This document shows positions 1-8,627 of a stretch of DNA of 64,000 bases, piece after piece. Source of the stretch: Treponema sp. (GTDB taxonomy: Bacteria > Spirochaetota > Spirochaetia > Treponematales > Treponemataceae). The position numbers were made by a program, and so were the translations under genes. The notes below the pieces were generated by a model. That model was given only the letters and a program-made list of their open reading frames with translations, searched no databases and was not told the origin of the DNA. The stretch spans positions 29,558 to 93,557 of the forward strand of contig JAFSJW010000051.1 of NCBI GenBank assembly GCA_017449265.1, given 5' to 3'. Numbering within the stretch: position 1 is the stretch's first letter; each line of letters begins with the position of its first letter.

Positions 1-3
1 TCC

Positions 4-1449
4 TTGCGGCAGGACGGCAATTCGGGCGGTAAAATCAATATATCGCTGGAAAACAAGAACGGCGGGGCTGTTTTTTCATGCGATATACAGAACGCGTCTC
101 TTTCGGCTGTTTGCGAAAAGCTGAGTGTGCTTGCAAAAAAGGAGTTCTGTTGCTCGGTTCCTTCTGAGCTTAAGATTACAAGGGCTTTTTTCTCAGGAAA
201 AGATTTTGATGATACTCTCAGGACTCTTTGTGTGCAGGCGAATGCGGAATTCGTTGTTTCCGACGGAATATATTTTGTTCTCCCGTCAAAAAACAAGCGT
301 CTTTTGAGCGAAAAAGGCAAAATCTGGCGCGAATGTTCGCTTCGTTATCTTGCAACAACACCGTTTCTTTCGCTTTGCGCGAAGCGTTTTCCGGACATAG
401 AAACAATCTGCGTGAACGAAGGCGGAAAATTCCTTTACCTGAGCGATGATGGAAAATCTTCAGATTTCCTTGAGTTCGTTGAACAGGCTGATGTGCAGAA
501 AGATTCAAGGCTCGTTCAGCTCAAATATATCAGAACCAAGGAATTTCTTGACACGCTTCCGCCTTTTGTGAATAAAGCTGAGATAACTGACTCGGGACGG
601 GGCGATAGCTTCTATTTTACTGGAACTCAGGCTGCATACGAGAATTTGCTGAATCATATGGAAGAATTCGACCGGCCTGTTTCTAGGGTGAGCTATGATC
701 TTCTTATCATGCAGTACCAGACTACTGATTCTAACGAGTGGAAACCAAGCTTTAGGATTGACCGCATGAAAATCGGGGACAGAAATTCTGTTTCAACCAC
801 ATTAGGCAGTGTCCTTGATTTTAATCTTGATGTAGTCGGTGTATTTGGTCTTTCTTTTGCGGCAGAGCTGCAGGCGGCAATCAAAGGAAACAAAGCTAAG
901 GTCTTTGCTGACACAACCTTGAACGGAGTGAGCGGAAGCACGATTCAGTTCCAGAACACTAACACTTATCGCTACCGGGACAATAATCTTGACCCTGAGA
1001 CTGGCATTCCGATTTATTCTGGCGTTACGAAAGAAATTGTGTCCGGCTTGAAGCTTGAGGTGACTGGAATTGTGACGGGCGACGGCATGATTACGAGCAA
1101 AATCACGGCGAGCGTTTCAAGGCAGGGAACAGATGTAAGTTCAACGACCGGAAACCCGCCGCCTTCAAGCGAAAAAGTGATTACGACCGAAGTTCGGGCA
1201 AAATCTGGCGAGCCTGTCATTCTTAGCGGGCTTATTCAGAACGAGGAGTCGCAGGCAGTTTCAAGAACACCGATTCTTTCCAAAATCCCGCTTCTGGGAA
1301 ATCTGTTCAAAGCAAAGAACAAATCTTCAGAAAAGACCGAGATGGTGATTTATCTTGTTCCTTCGGCAGAGATTTTTGGTCAGAAAGATGAAAGCGATGA
1401 TTTTTTGAGTCATGCGAAAGAACTTATCGCTGAGTTCGTTGGAGAATAG
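4..1449 (+). CDS. gspD: Secretin of a type II secretion/type IV pilus system (GspD/PilQ family), probably truncated at the window start
   Basis: The C-terminal secretin signature is present (GLKLEVTG..., ITTEVRAKSGEPVILSGLI, PILSKIPLLGNLFK...EMVIYLVP). There is no signal peptide, so the true start probably lies upstream of the window. Confidence 0.88.
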   Translation: MRQDGNSGGKINISLENKNGGAVFSCDIQNASLSAVCEKLSVLAKKEFCCSVPSELKITRAFFSGKDFDDTLRTLCVQANAEFVVSDGIYFVLPSKNKRLLSEKGKIWRECSLRYLATTPFLSLCAKRFPDIETICVNEGGKFLYLSDDGKSSDFLEFVEQADVQKDSRLVQLKYIRTKEFLDTLPPFVNKAEITDSGRGDSFYFTGTQAAYENLLNHMEEFDRPVSRVSYDLLIMQYQTTDSNEWKPSFRIDRMKIGDRNSVSTTLGSVLDFNLDVVGVFGLSFAAELQAAIKGNKAKVFADTTLNGVSGSTIQFQNTNTYRYRDNNLDPETGIPIYSGVTKEIVSGLKLEVTGIVTGDGMITSKITASVSRQGTDVSSTTGNPPPSSEKVITTEVRAKSGEPVILSGLIQNEESQAVSRTPILSKIPLLGNLFKAKNKSSEKTEMVIYLVPSAEIFGQKDESDDFLSHAKELIAEFVGE

Positions 1450-1451
1450 GA

Positions 1452-2723
1452 ATGTTTTTGCTTTCAAGCAGTTTTTCTTCGTTCAATGATGTTGTTGTTT
1501 TGGAAAGCACCAATACGCGCGTTGTTTTTGGCTCAGTCCGCGAAATCGACCAGGAGCTGAAAATCCGTCTGAAAAAATCTTGCGACGGATTTTTTGCAAG
1601 AAGCGGTGGAATTGGTGTGGTTTCGTTCAGGATTGTTTCTGAGGAGGAGTTTAAGAAGGCTCTGGTCAGGCAGTACGGTTTTAGTGCGGGGCAGGGAGTT
1701 GAGAACGCAGATAAGGGAAAAAATGATACGGAGGTAATTTGTGATGACGGAAAAGATGATTATGTGAAGAACACTATTCTTCTTTTGGATTCTGTTTTGG
1801 ACGAAGCTGTTAGGCGGGGCGCAACGGATGTTCACATAGAAGAAGGTTGCGTTCGGTTTCGTGTCTGCGGTGTTTTGGAAAAATTCATTGCGCTTTCAAA
1901 GGACAGGCATATTGAGCTTGTAAGAAGAATAAAAGTCCTTTCCAAGCTGAATGTAATGGAAACTCGCCGCGGGCAGGACGGGCAGTTTGTTTTCTTGGGA
2001 AGCCGCGGACAAAGCGTGTTCGTTCGCGTTTCTGTTGTTCCGGCGGTATCTTTTGACGATAGCGAAGCCGCCGTTCTTCGCATACTTGATGTTTTGCGAG
2101 TTCCGCTTGAGCTTTCGGGGCTTGGCTTTACGGAAAGCCAGCGGCGGGAGCTTGAGGCTATGATTTCATGCGAAAACGGTCTTGTTCTTATTTCAGGACC
2201 TACCGGAAGCGGAAAATCCACCACGGCGGCAAGTCTTTTGTGCGAGATTCAGCGCAAATGTGGCGGCGGAAAGAAAATCATCACGATTGAAGATCCTGTT
2301 GAGTATCTTCTTTCTGGGGTCACTCAAATCAAAGTGAACGAAGAAATCGGAATGAGCTTTGAAGAAAGTCTGCGCCTAGTTTTCAGGCAGGACCCCGATG
2401 TGATTTTTGTGGGGGAGATTCGGGATGAAGTGACGGCAAAAACTGTCATGCGCTCTTCCCTGACCGGGCATCTTGTTCTTGCTACGGTTCACACGACTGG
2501 CTTTTACGAAACCATTCTGCGTCTGCACGATTTGGGCTGCGAATGGAACGAGATTTTTTCCGTGTTGCGCGGAATTGTGTCCCAAAGACTCACTGGAGCG
2601 CAAAATCTTTGCGCGGATATTGTTTCGGTAAAAGCGGAAATGTTCGATGGGCTTGTCAGTAATGGAAATTTTGTTTGTAGAAAAGATTTTGACACGCGCA
2701 TAAGCGTTAGGGAGGCTGAGTGA
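1452..2723 (+). CDS. gspE: GspE/PulE-family secretion ATPase
   Basis: Contains ATDVHIE, Walker A GPTGSGKST, Asp box TIEDPVE, Walker B RQDPDVIFVGEIRD and His box TGHLVLATVH. Confidence 0.92.
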   Translation: MFLLSSSFSSFNDVVVLESTNTRVVFGSVREIDQELKIRLKKSCDGFFARSGGIGVVSFRIVSEEEFKKALVRQYGFSAGQGVENADKGKNDTEVICDDGKDDYVKNTILLLDSVLDEAVRRGATDVHIEEGCVRFRVCGVLEKFIALSKDRHIELVRRIKVLSKLNVMETRRGQDGQFVFLGSRGQSVFVRVSVVPAVSFDDSEAAVLRILDVLRVPLELSGLGFTESQRRELEAMISCENGLVLISGPTGSGKSTTAASLLCEIQRKCGGGKKIITIEDPVEYLLSGVTQIKVNEEIGMSFEESLRLVFRQDPDVIFVGEIRDEVTAKTVMRSSLTGHLVLATVHTTGFYETILRLHDLGCEWNEIFSVLRGIVSQRLTGAQNLCADIVSVKAEMFDGLVSNGNFVCRKDFDTRISVREAE

Positions 2724-3679
2724 AAAAGGACATCATTGATTTTACGAAAAGCTTTTCGGAGTATGTTTCCGCGGGCATTCCGACAGGAAAAGCACTTATG
2801 CTTATAAAAAAAAGCAGCAGGCTCTCAAAAAACATTGTGCGCGTGGCGGGAGAACTAGCGGATTCTATTTCGGGCGGAAGGAGCTTGTCATTTGCTTTGC
2901 AAACATCGTCATCTCTTGTCTTTCCCGAATGGTACTTATCGCTTGTTGAAATCTCGGAGCAGAGCGGACGGCTGTGCGAAACGCTTCTGTATATTTCAAA
3001 AATGATGGTTGATGCCAGAAAAGCACGGGAGAAATTTTTGGTGAGCCTTGCGTATCCGGTTTTTATCGCTCTTTTTGCGCTTGGGGCGAGCGTTGTTTTC
3101 GTCAATGTGCTTGGAAGCTCCTTTTTTTCAGGCGAAGCACTTTTTCTCTACAAGATTCGGGCGTGGAAAAGCGTTGGTCTGAGTGGTCTTTTTCTTCTTG
3201 CTTTTGTGGCGGCACTTTTGGCAGTGTCATCTAGAATCATGGGAAAAAGCGGACTTTGCATGATTTTGAGGGCGATTTCATTCCTGTCCGAGTGCAACAT
3301 TCCGCTTGTTCAAGCAGTTGATTCAGCCGTCCCTGCCGTGTGCGGCGAAAAGCGGCTTTTCAAGGCGTTTTCTGGTATTTCGGCTCGTATTCGCAGCGGG
3401 GACTCTGCGAGTGAGGCGTTTGCCGCGTGCCTTGATGAAGCAGGATTTTCTTTCGCCGCAAGAATCATTTCGGCGCGGCTTGAAGTATGCCAGGCAACCG
3501 GAAAAAACGATGCGTTCAAAATTGCGGCAGATGCTCTGGAAGAGCGAGGGGCGAAAATTCGTTCGGCTTTCCTAGCCTGTGAGCAGCCGATTTTAATCTG
3601 CGCTTGCGGAATATATTTTGTCATGCTTCTGAAAGATACGCTAATGCCCCTTGTGCTTGGCGGAATGGAAATGATTTAA
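2720..3679 (+). CDS. gspF: GspF/PilC-family inner-membrane platform protein
   Basis: Motifs EQSGRL and SLAYP, a two-repeat structure and hydrophobic segments. The GTG start overlaps the gspE stop. Confidence 0.8.
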   Translation: MKKDIIDFTKSFSEYVSAGIPTGKALMLIKKSSRLSKNIVRVAGELADSISGGRSLSFALQTSSSLVFPEWYLSLVEISEQSGRLCETLLYISKMMVDARKAREKFLVSLAYPVFIALFALGASVVFVNVLGSSFFSGEALFLYKIRAWKSVGLSGLFLLAFVAALLAVSSRIMGKSGLCMILRAISFLSECNIPLVQAVDSAVPAVCGEKRLFKAFSGISARIRSGDSASEAFAACLDEAGFSFAARIISARLEVCQATGKNDAFKIAADALEERGAKIRSAFLACEQPILICACGIYFVMLLKDTLMPLVLGGMEMI

Positions 3680-3797
3680 GGAAATCTGAGGCTGCCCGAA
3701 AAGTTCGTTGCACAGTCTCATTGGGAAGCTTAGTCAGCTTAAAAACCATGTTTTTGACGCTGCCATAATTCGTACTGATAGAGGAGAAAGTGAAATT

Positions 3798-4427
3798 ATG
3801 TTGAATGTGTTTAGGTGTTTAAGGGTAGTTCGAAAAACTCTGTTAGTTTTCCGAGCTACCCGTCGTCCAGCCTTCGCTGGACGCAATTTCAAAGGTGATA
3901 ACTTCGAAAAACTGAAGTTTTTCAAAGTTCCCTTAAAAACATATTATTCATATCTTAAAACTAAAAATAAAAAAAGAGTCCATGACGACAAGATTGACGG
4001 TGGTTTTACATTCGTTGAGACGCTTGCGGTTCTTATTGTGACGGCTCTTCTTGCATCGCAGGTTGGAGTGGCGGTCAATCGCATCGTCAAAAAGGCAAAA
4101 GTCGTTTCGGCAAAAAATCAGATTGAGGCGTTCAAACTCGCACTCAGCACTTACTATGTCGATTGCGGCTCTTTTCCAACTGACGAGCAGGGGCTTATGG
4201 CTTTGTGGGAAAAACCTGTCTTGTACCCAGTTCCAGAGGGGTGGAGCGGCCCGTATATGGACAAAAAAGTCCCTGCTGACCCGTGGGGCGCACCATACAG
4301 CTATTTCAGGCGTGGGAGCGCGCTTATGCCGCAGTCCGTTCCCGACGGGCTGGAGTACGCGATTGTTTGCTTGGGCGAGGACGGCGTTTGTGGAGGCGAG
4401 AATGATATTGTTTCGTGGCAGGAATGA
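3798..4427 (+). CDS. gspG: Major pseudopilin GspG with an unusually long (~69 aa) leader
   Basis: Prepilin site G|FTFVE at 4002-4019 and GspG motifs ALSTYYVDCGSFPTDEQGLMAL, WSGPY, DPWG, GEDG and DIVSW. Start taken as ATG 3798 after GAGGAG at 3781. Confidence 0.88.
   Translation: MLNVFRCLRVVRKTLLVFRATRRPAFAGRNFKGDNFEKLKFFKVPLKTYYSYLKTKNKKRVHDDKIDGGFTFVETLAVLIVTALLASQVGVAVNRIVKKAKVVSAKNQIEAFKLALSTYYVDCGSFPTDEQGLMALWEKPVLYPVPEGWSGPYMDKKVPADPWGAPYSYFRRGSALMPQSVPDGLEYAIVCLGEDGVCGGENDIVSWQE
3823..3929. repeat. Three palindromes inside the gspG leader coding sequence; two belong to the GTTCGGAAAAC family
   Basis: GGGTAGTTCGAAAAACT..AGTTTTCCGAGCTACCC (3823-3861), CGTCCAGC-CTTC-GCTGGACG (3864-3883) and AACTTCGAAAAACTGAAGTTTTTCAAAGTT (3900-3929). 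Confidence 0.8.
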
Positions 4428-4656
4428 GCCGCTTTGTTTGGGGCGCGACAGAGCAGATTCGGGCTTTGCGATGTGTCATGCTCTTTTGGTTGCGTTCCTT
4501 GCGAGCGTTTTCGTTTTTGGCTGGGCAAAAACAGAGCGCGCTAGAAGCAATTTTATAGAAAGAAAATCATCTCAGGTTTATTCGCAGATTGATTCTTCGG
4601 TTCATGAAACAAAGGCGGATTGGGAAAACGGAGGCGAAAGAAATGAAGATGGGTGA
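4402..4656 (+). CDS. Small minor pseudopilin-like protein
   Basis: GGAGG at 4392 precedes ATG 4402. DSG|FAMCHALLVAFLASVFVF is a prepilin-like G|F site plus hydrophobic helix. This is the 3' part of track ORF 4051..4656. Confidence 0.6.
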   Translation: MILFRGRNEPLCLGRDRADSGFAMCHALLVAFLASVFVFGWAKTERARSNFIERKSSQVYSQIDSSVHETKADWENGGERNEDG

Positions 4657-4981
4657 GATTGTTGCCGCGCTTGTGCTTTTAGCATTTTTTTCCGCCGCGC
4701 TATGTTCTGCAACAAAGCCTTTTCTCAGGCTGAAAGCTGAGAACGACAGAAAAGAGCGCGTTCTGAACAGGGATATTTTCATTCAGGAATCCTTTTTGGG
4801 AATCTGCGGAAAAAAGAAAAATCTGTGCGAAGAAGATTTTTCAAAATGGCTTTGTCTTTGCAAAAAAGAATTTTCTCTTCCATCAATTTGTGTGAGAAAA
4901 ATCGGGGTAAAAGACAAAAGCGCGCTTTGGAAAGTTGAGTGGGACGGAAAAGAGCTTTATGCGATAAGCAAGGAATTATAA
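4643..4981 (+). CDS. Pseudopilin-like membrane protein
   Basis: GGAGG at 4630 precedes ATG 4643. MKMGEIVAALVLLAFF has Glu at position 5 followed by a hydrophobic helix, and the gene overlaps the one upstream. Confidence 0.6.
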   Translation: MKMGEIVAALVLLAFFSAALCSATKPFLRLKAENDRKERVLNRDIFIQESFLGICGKKKNLCEEDFSKWLCLCKKEFSLPSICVRKIGVKDKSALWKVEWDGKELYAISKEL

Positions 4982-4995
4982 GGAGCATTGTTGAT

Positions 4996-6231
4996 ATGAA
5001 AAAAGTATTTGTTAAAAAAGATGATTACGACTTTTATTCGATTCCGCTTCCTGTTGGAGTTTTATCAAGACGGAACAGAAGAAATTTTCTTCTCAGGGAG
5101 ATAGAAAAGAGGCATCCGTGTTTTTCTTCAGGAAATTGCTTTGACTCGCGGCTAAAGATAAAAAAGCGGAGTCTTTTTGCGGAAGTCGTCGTAATGGAAA
5201 AGTCAAAGTTGTTCGAGTACAAGAACGCTTTTCCGTCTGAACCGCTTTTTCTTGAAGGAAGAAAAAACAGGTGCGTGTTCAGGAAAAAGAAAAATGTCGT
5301 AAAACTGGCTGTTTCCATGTTGGCTCTTTCTGGGGCTGCAGTTGCACTGCATGCAGTTTCAAAATCGGGGGAAAGTCCGCAGAGTGCGGAAGTTGCGAAA
5401 ATAATTCAGGGCGAGGAGGATTATGTGTTTTTGTCACCTCAGGATTTATTCACGCTCGTGTTTGCTTCGGTAAGCAAGAATGGCGGAAAAATCCACTCAA
5501 TGGAATGGAGTGGAGATAAGTGCGTTTTTAATGTGTCGGGCTGCCCGAGCGAAGAAATTGCAGGGGCAAAGTACTGTCAGGTTTCGTACAAAAACGGAGA
5601 GCCGAATTTTCTTATTCAGAACGATGGTATGAAAATTCGGCGAGCAGAATTTGATGATTACGCTGAAAGTGGTCTTTTGAGGGTGGCTGAAAGCGCAAGT
5701 CCACTTTCAGCATATGGATTTGTGGCGAAAGGAAAAAGCTTTGTTCCAGAAGCAAGGTCTGCTCTTCTTTCTTTGGGTTGCGTTATTCTGAGCGAGCAGG
5801 TCGCGGAAGATTCGTGCAAGATTTCTTTTTTCTCAAACGAAGAGTCGTTTTCGCAAGCTCTTGGAGTTCTTGCCGCTTGTGCTTTTCAACACGGTCTTTG
5901 CGAAAAATCAATCCGCGTTGAAAATGGCGGCTTATACCCCACGGTTAGCGTGTCTTTTGAGAAGAACACGGGAAAGGATTTTGAAAGCTCTTCGCCTCTT
6001 TCTGTGTGCGCCCGTTACTCCGCGCTTTTATGCAGGAAAAATTCTGGCGGGCAAACGGCGGAAGTGCCCGAAACGAAGCCAAAAGTTTCGCCCGTATACA
6101 CGATTGAGCGGCGTAGGACAGATGGTAGGAGCAACAGGCTTGGTTCAATCATCGCAAAGGACGGGCGGGTTTTTGCATATTACAAATCGAATGACGGAAA
6201 AATCAAAATGGAGGAAGAAAATGCGCATTAA
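4996..6231 (+). CDS. Bitopic membrane protein, possibly a GspL/M- or PilM/N-like assembly component
   Basis: AGGAG at 4981 precedes ATG 4996. A basic N-domain is followed by one TM segment (LAVSMLALSGAAVAL) and a large C-domain. Function is inferred from operon position only. Confidence 0.55.
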   Translation: MKKVFVKKDDYDFYSIPLPVGVLSRRNRRNFLLREIEKRHPCFSSGNCFDSRLKIKKRSLFAEVVVMEKSKLFEYKNAFPSEPLFLEGRKNRCVFRKKKNVVKLAVSMLALSGAAVALHAVSKSGESPQSAEVAKIIQGEEDYVFLSPQDLFTLVFASVSKNGGKIHSMEWSGDKCVFNVSGCPSEEIAGAKYCQVSYKNGEPNFLIQNDGMKIRRAEFDDYAESGLLRVAESASPLSAYGFVAKGKSFVPEARSALLSLGCVILSEQVAEDSCKISFFSNEESFSQALGVLAACAFQHGLCEKSIRVENGGLYPTVSVSFEKNTGKDFESSSPLSVCARYSALLCRKNSGGQTAEVPETKPKVSPVYTIERRRTDGRSNRLGSIIAKDGRVFAYYKSNDGKIKMEEENAH

Positions 6232-6772
6232 TAACAGTTTTATGCACATATCAGGCTGGGCTTTTTTGCTGGCTATGCTTGCGCTCAGTTCATGCAAATC
6301 AACGAAGTTTGAGGGAACTGCCGCTTGCACAGGAAGGGTGTGCGGACCGAACGGAGAAGCGGTTGAAAATTATCATCTGGATTTCGGGGCGATTCATTCC
6401 GCTGTCACTGGCATAAACGGAATGTTTCTTATACCTGAGCTGAAAGGCGGGACTTACAAAGTTTCTGGCGGCGGAAAAGGGTGGAGCTCGTTTGAGAAAA
6501 CGGTGTCTTTCAGGGACAGAAGGCGTATTTTCACTGCACAGATTGAACCAATATCCAGCGTGTATGCAAAAGTCGAGGAACTTATCAGACAGCAGGATTT
6601 TAAGGAAGCGGAGAAAATGTTGCAAAGAGAAAGCAAGTTCAATAAGGATGAAAAGAGCTTTCAGTTTTATGAAAAACTTATTTCATATTGCAAAAAGCCG
6701 AGCGAGAAAAAAAAGCAGCAGCTTTTAAATTTCGTTGGTGAAGGAAAGAAAAATGGAGGAAAAGGAAAATGA
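6221..6772 (+). CDS. Lipoprotein with a carboxypeptidase-regulatory-like (prealbumin-fold) domain
   Basis: GGAGG precedes ATG 6221. Lipobox-like LALSS-C; the pattern GRVCGPNGEAV...TGINGMFLIPELKGGTYKV fits this domain. Confidence 0.65.
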   Translation: MRINNSFMHISGWAFLLAMLALSSCKSTKFEGTAACTGRVCGPNGEAVENYHLDFGAIHSAVTGINGMFLIPELKGGTYKVSGGGKGWSSFEKTVSFRDRRRIFTAQIEPISSVYAKVEELIRQQDFKEAEKMLQRESKFNKDEKSFQFYEKLISYCKKPSEKKKQQLLNFVGEGKKNGGKGK

Positions 6773-7233
6773 TTCGTCTTTTTACTCTTTTGTTCCTTGT
6801 GATTTCATTGTTCGTAGCTACATCATGCTCATCGATGGAAATGATTGATTGTCCCTATGTCGTAGCGGATTCACGCATTGAGCTGGGCGCGCTGGAAGAT
6901 TCTTACGAGTTTGCGGGCGTTCATTTCTCTTTGTACAATGACAGCCTGAAAGATATTTCTTCTTTTACTGTCAGTTTCCTCGTGTACGATAACGACGGAC
7001 AGAATCCGTTCATAGGCTCTAATTGTATCGTGAAGAGCTTTAATGCACCTGTTGCCGCGCATACGAAATCTGATTTTTCCGTGAGCCTTGATTCTCATCT
7101 TGTCCGAGTTCCGAAAGAAAAATACATTCTTGATTTTTTCTATATTAAGAAAATTTCCTACGCTGACGGCTCTGTGTGGACTGACCCGTTCGGAATGCAT
7201 TCTACAAGCGAGGTGAGCCAGAATGATGATTAA
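6769..7233 (+). CDS. Lipoprotein of unknown function (beta-rich)
   Basis: Lipobox-like VATS-C, C-terminal ISYADGSVW, and an ATGA overlap with the upstream gene. Confidence 0.7.
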   Translation: MIRLFTLLFLVISLFVATSCSSMEMIDCPYVVADSRIELGALEDSYEFAGVHFSLYNDSLKDISSFTVSFLVYDNDGQNPFIGSNCIVKSFNAPVAAHTKSDFSVSLDSHLVRVPKEKYILDFFYIKKISYADGSVWTDPFGMHSTSEVSQNDD

Positions 7234-8590
7234 GTTTTTCGCCGCCGCCATGATTGCATTGTTTCAGCTCATGTTTTTTTCATGCGATTCGCTTTTTGAT
7301 TCTTCGTCCGAGGGAACGACTGAGGTAATTCCTGTTAAGGAAAAGCCCGCGCCACAAATACCGAAATGGACCTTTATTGTGTACATGGCTGCTGACAACA
7401 ATCTGGAAAGCGCGGCGATTTCTGATTTGAACGAAATGGAAGAAGCAAGCTCTTTTCTTTCTGAGAACACGATACTTGTGCTTTTGGATAGGGCTTCGGG
7501 GTATGATGCGACGAACGGCGACTGGAATGACACAAGGCTTTTCCGCGTTTCTGGCGACAGTTCCGTGCCGCAGTCCGTTCTGACAAGCGAGCGTATTTCA
7601 TGTCCCGAGCTTGGGCTGAGTGCGGATAGCGAAACGGAGCTTGATATGGCTAACAAGGAGACGCTCTCAAATCTGCTTGCGTTTGCAAGGCGTGAGTACA
7701 AGGCGGAGCATTACGCGCTAATCGTCTGGGGGCATGGAAACGGCTGGCGAGGGGAGCTTGAGAACAAAGCGTTTGCCGCCGACTCGTTCTCGGATTCGTG
7801 CATGAGCATATGCGATTTGCGCATGGCACTGGACGAGGGCATGGATGGCTCCGTTCTGGATTTTGTGGGCTTTGACACTTGTTTTGGAAATTGCCTTGAA
7901 CTGTGCTACGAGCTTTCTTCTTCGGCTCAGTTTCTTGCGGGAACTCCGGCATTAGTACCGTCGGGCGGCTGGAACTACACGGAGCTTTTCAGCTCGTTCG
8001 CAGCCACATCCTTGGATTGTGAGGAGCTTTCGAGGTGTTGTTCGGAGCAGTTCAAGAAAAGCTATTCGACTTATGCGCACGCATGTTTTTCCGTAGTGAA
8101 TCTTCAAAAACTCCGCGAGGCGGCACTTAGCTTTGATTCGCTCATGCAGTCCGCGGCGGATTTGGTTTGGGACGATTCAAAGGCAATAGCGTATTCGGAA
8201 TTGTGCCGCAAATCCGTTCGCTCGTATTGTGCGGCGGACTTTCCGTGCGATTATTTTCTTGACGCAAAGGATTTTTCCAAAAAGATAGCTACGGTTGAGC
8301 CAGCTTTGAGCGATTTGTGCGCGGCTGTTTCCGAAGATTTTGACCGTGCTTTGGTTTCGTCTTGGAGCGCGGACGGGGCTGAAATCTCAGTCGCGGTCTT
8401 TTACTCCGTTTTTGAGGCCGCAGGCTGCCCAAGTTGCACGCATCCGCCTCTTTATGTGAACTCAAGCCGTGAGACAGGTCAGTGTATGTTCGTCTCCGAG
8501 CTTTGCGGCTATGTTCCTACGGCTCTAAAAAAAGGCAGCTTTTTGGACAAAGTGTTTTACAAGGAAATCTCTAACGATTCCAGTTTTTAG
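7223..8590 (+). CDS. Clostripain-family (peptidase C11) cysteine protease, lipoprotein
   Basis: Lipobox-like MFFS-C, WTFIVYMAADNNLE, catalytic His in IVWGHGNGW and catalytic Cys in GFDTC. Confidence 0.88.
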   Translation: MMIKFFAAAMIALFQLMFFSCDSLFDSSSEGTTEVIPVKEKPAPQIPKWTFIVYMAADNNLESAAISDLNEMEEASSFLSENTILVLLDRASGYDATNGDWNDTRLFRVSGDSSVPQSVLTSERISCPELGLSADSETELDMANKETLSNLLAFARREYKAEHYALIVWGHGNGWRGELENKAFAADSFSDSCMSICDLRMALDEGMDGSVLDFVGFDTCFGNCLELCYELSSSAQFLAGTPALVPSGGWNYTELFSSFAATSLDCEELSRCCSEQFKKSYSTYAHACFSVVNLQKLREAALSFDSLMQSAADLVWDDSKAIAYSELCRKSVRSYCAADFPCDYFLDAKDFSKKIATVEPALSDLCAAVSEDFDRALVSSWSADGAEISVAVFYSVFEAAGCPSCTHPPLYVNSSRETGQCMFVSELCGYVPTALKKGSFLDKVFYKEISNDSSF

Positions 8591-8627
8591 AGATTGTAAA
8601 AAATCATATTGATTTAAGTGGGGATTA

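Noticed and set aside
3708-3797. TTG start at 3708 for gspG given by the ORF track
   Set aside because: No RBS is visible there; GAGGAG at 3781 supports ATG 3798.
4051-4401. 5' part of ORF 4051..4656 (likewise the 5' extensions of 5861..6772 and 22568..23224)
   Set aside because: These overlap real genes in another frame; downstream ATG starts at 4402, 6221 and 22631 fit better.
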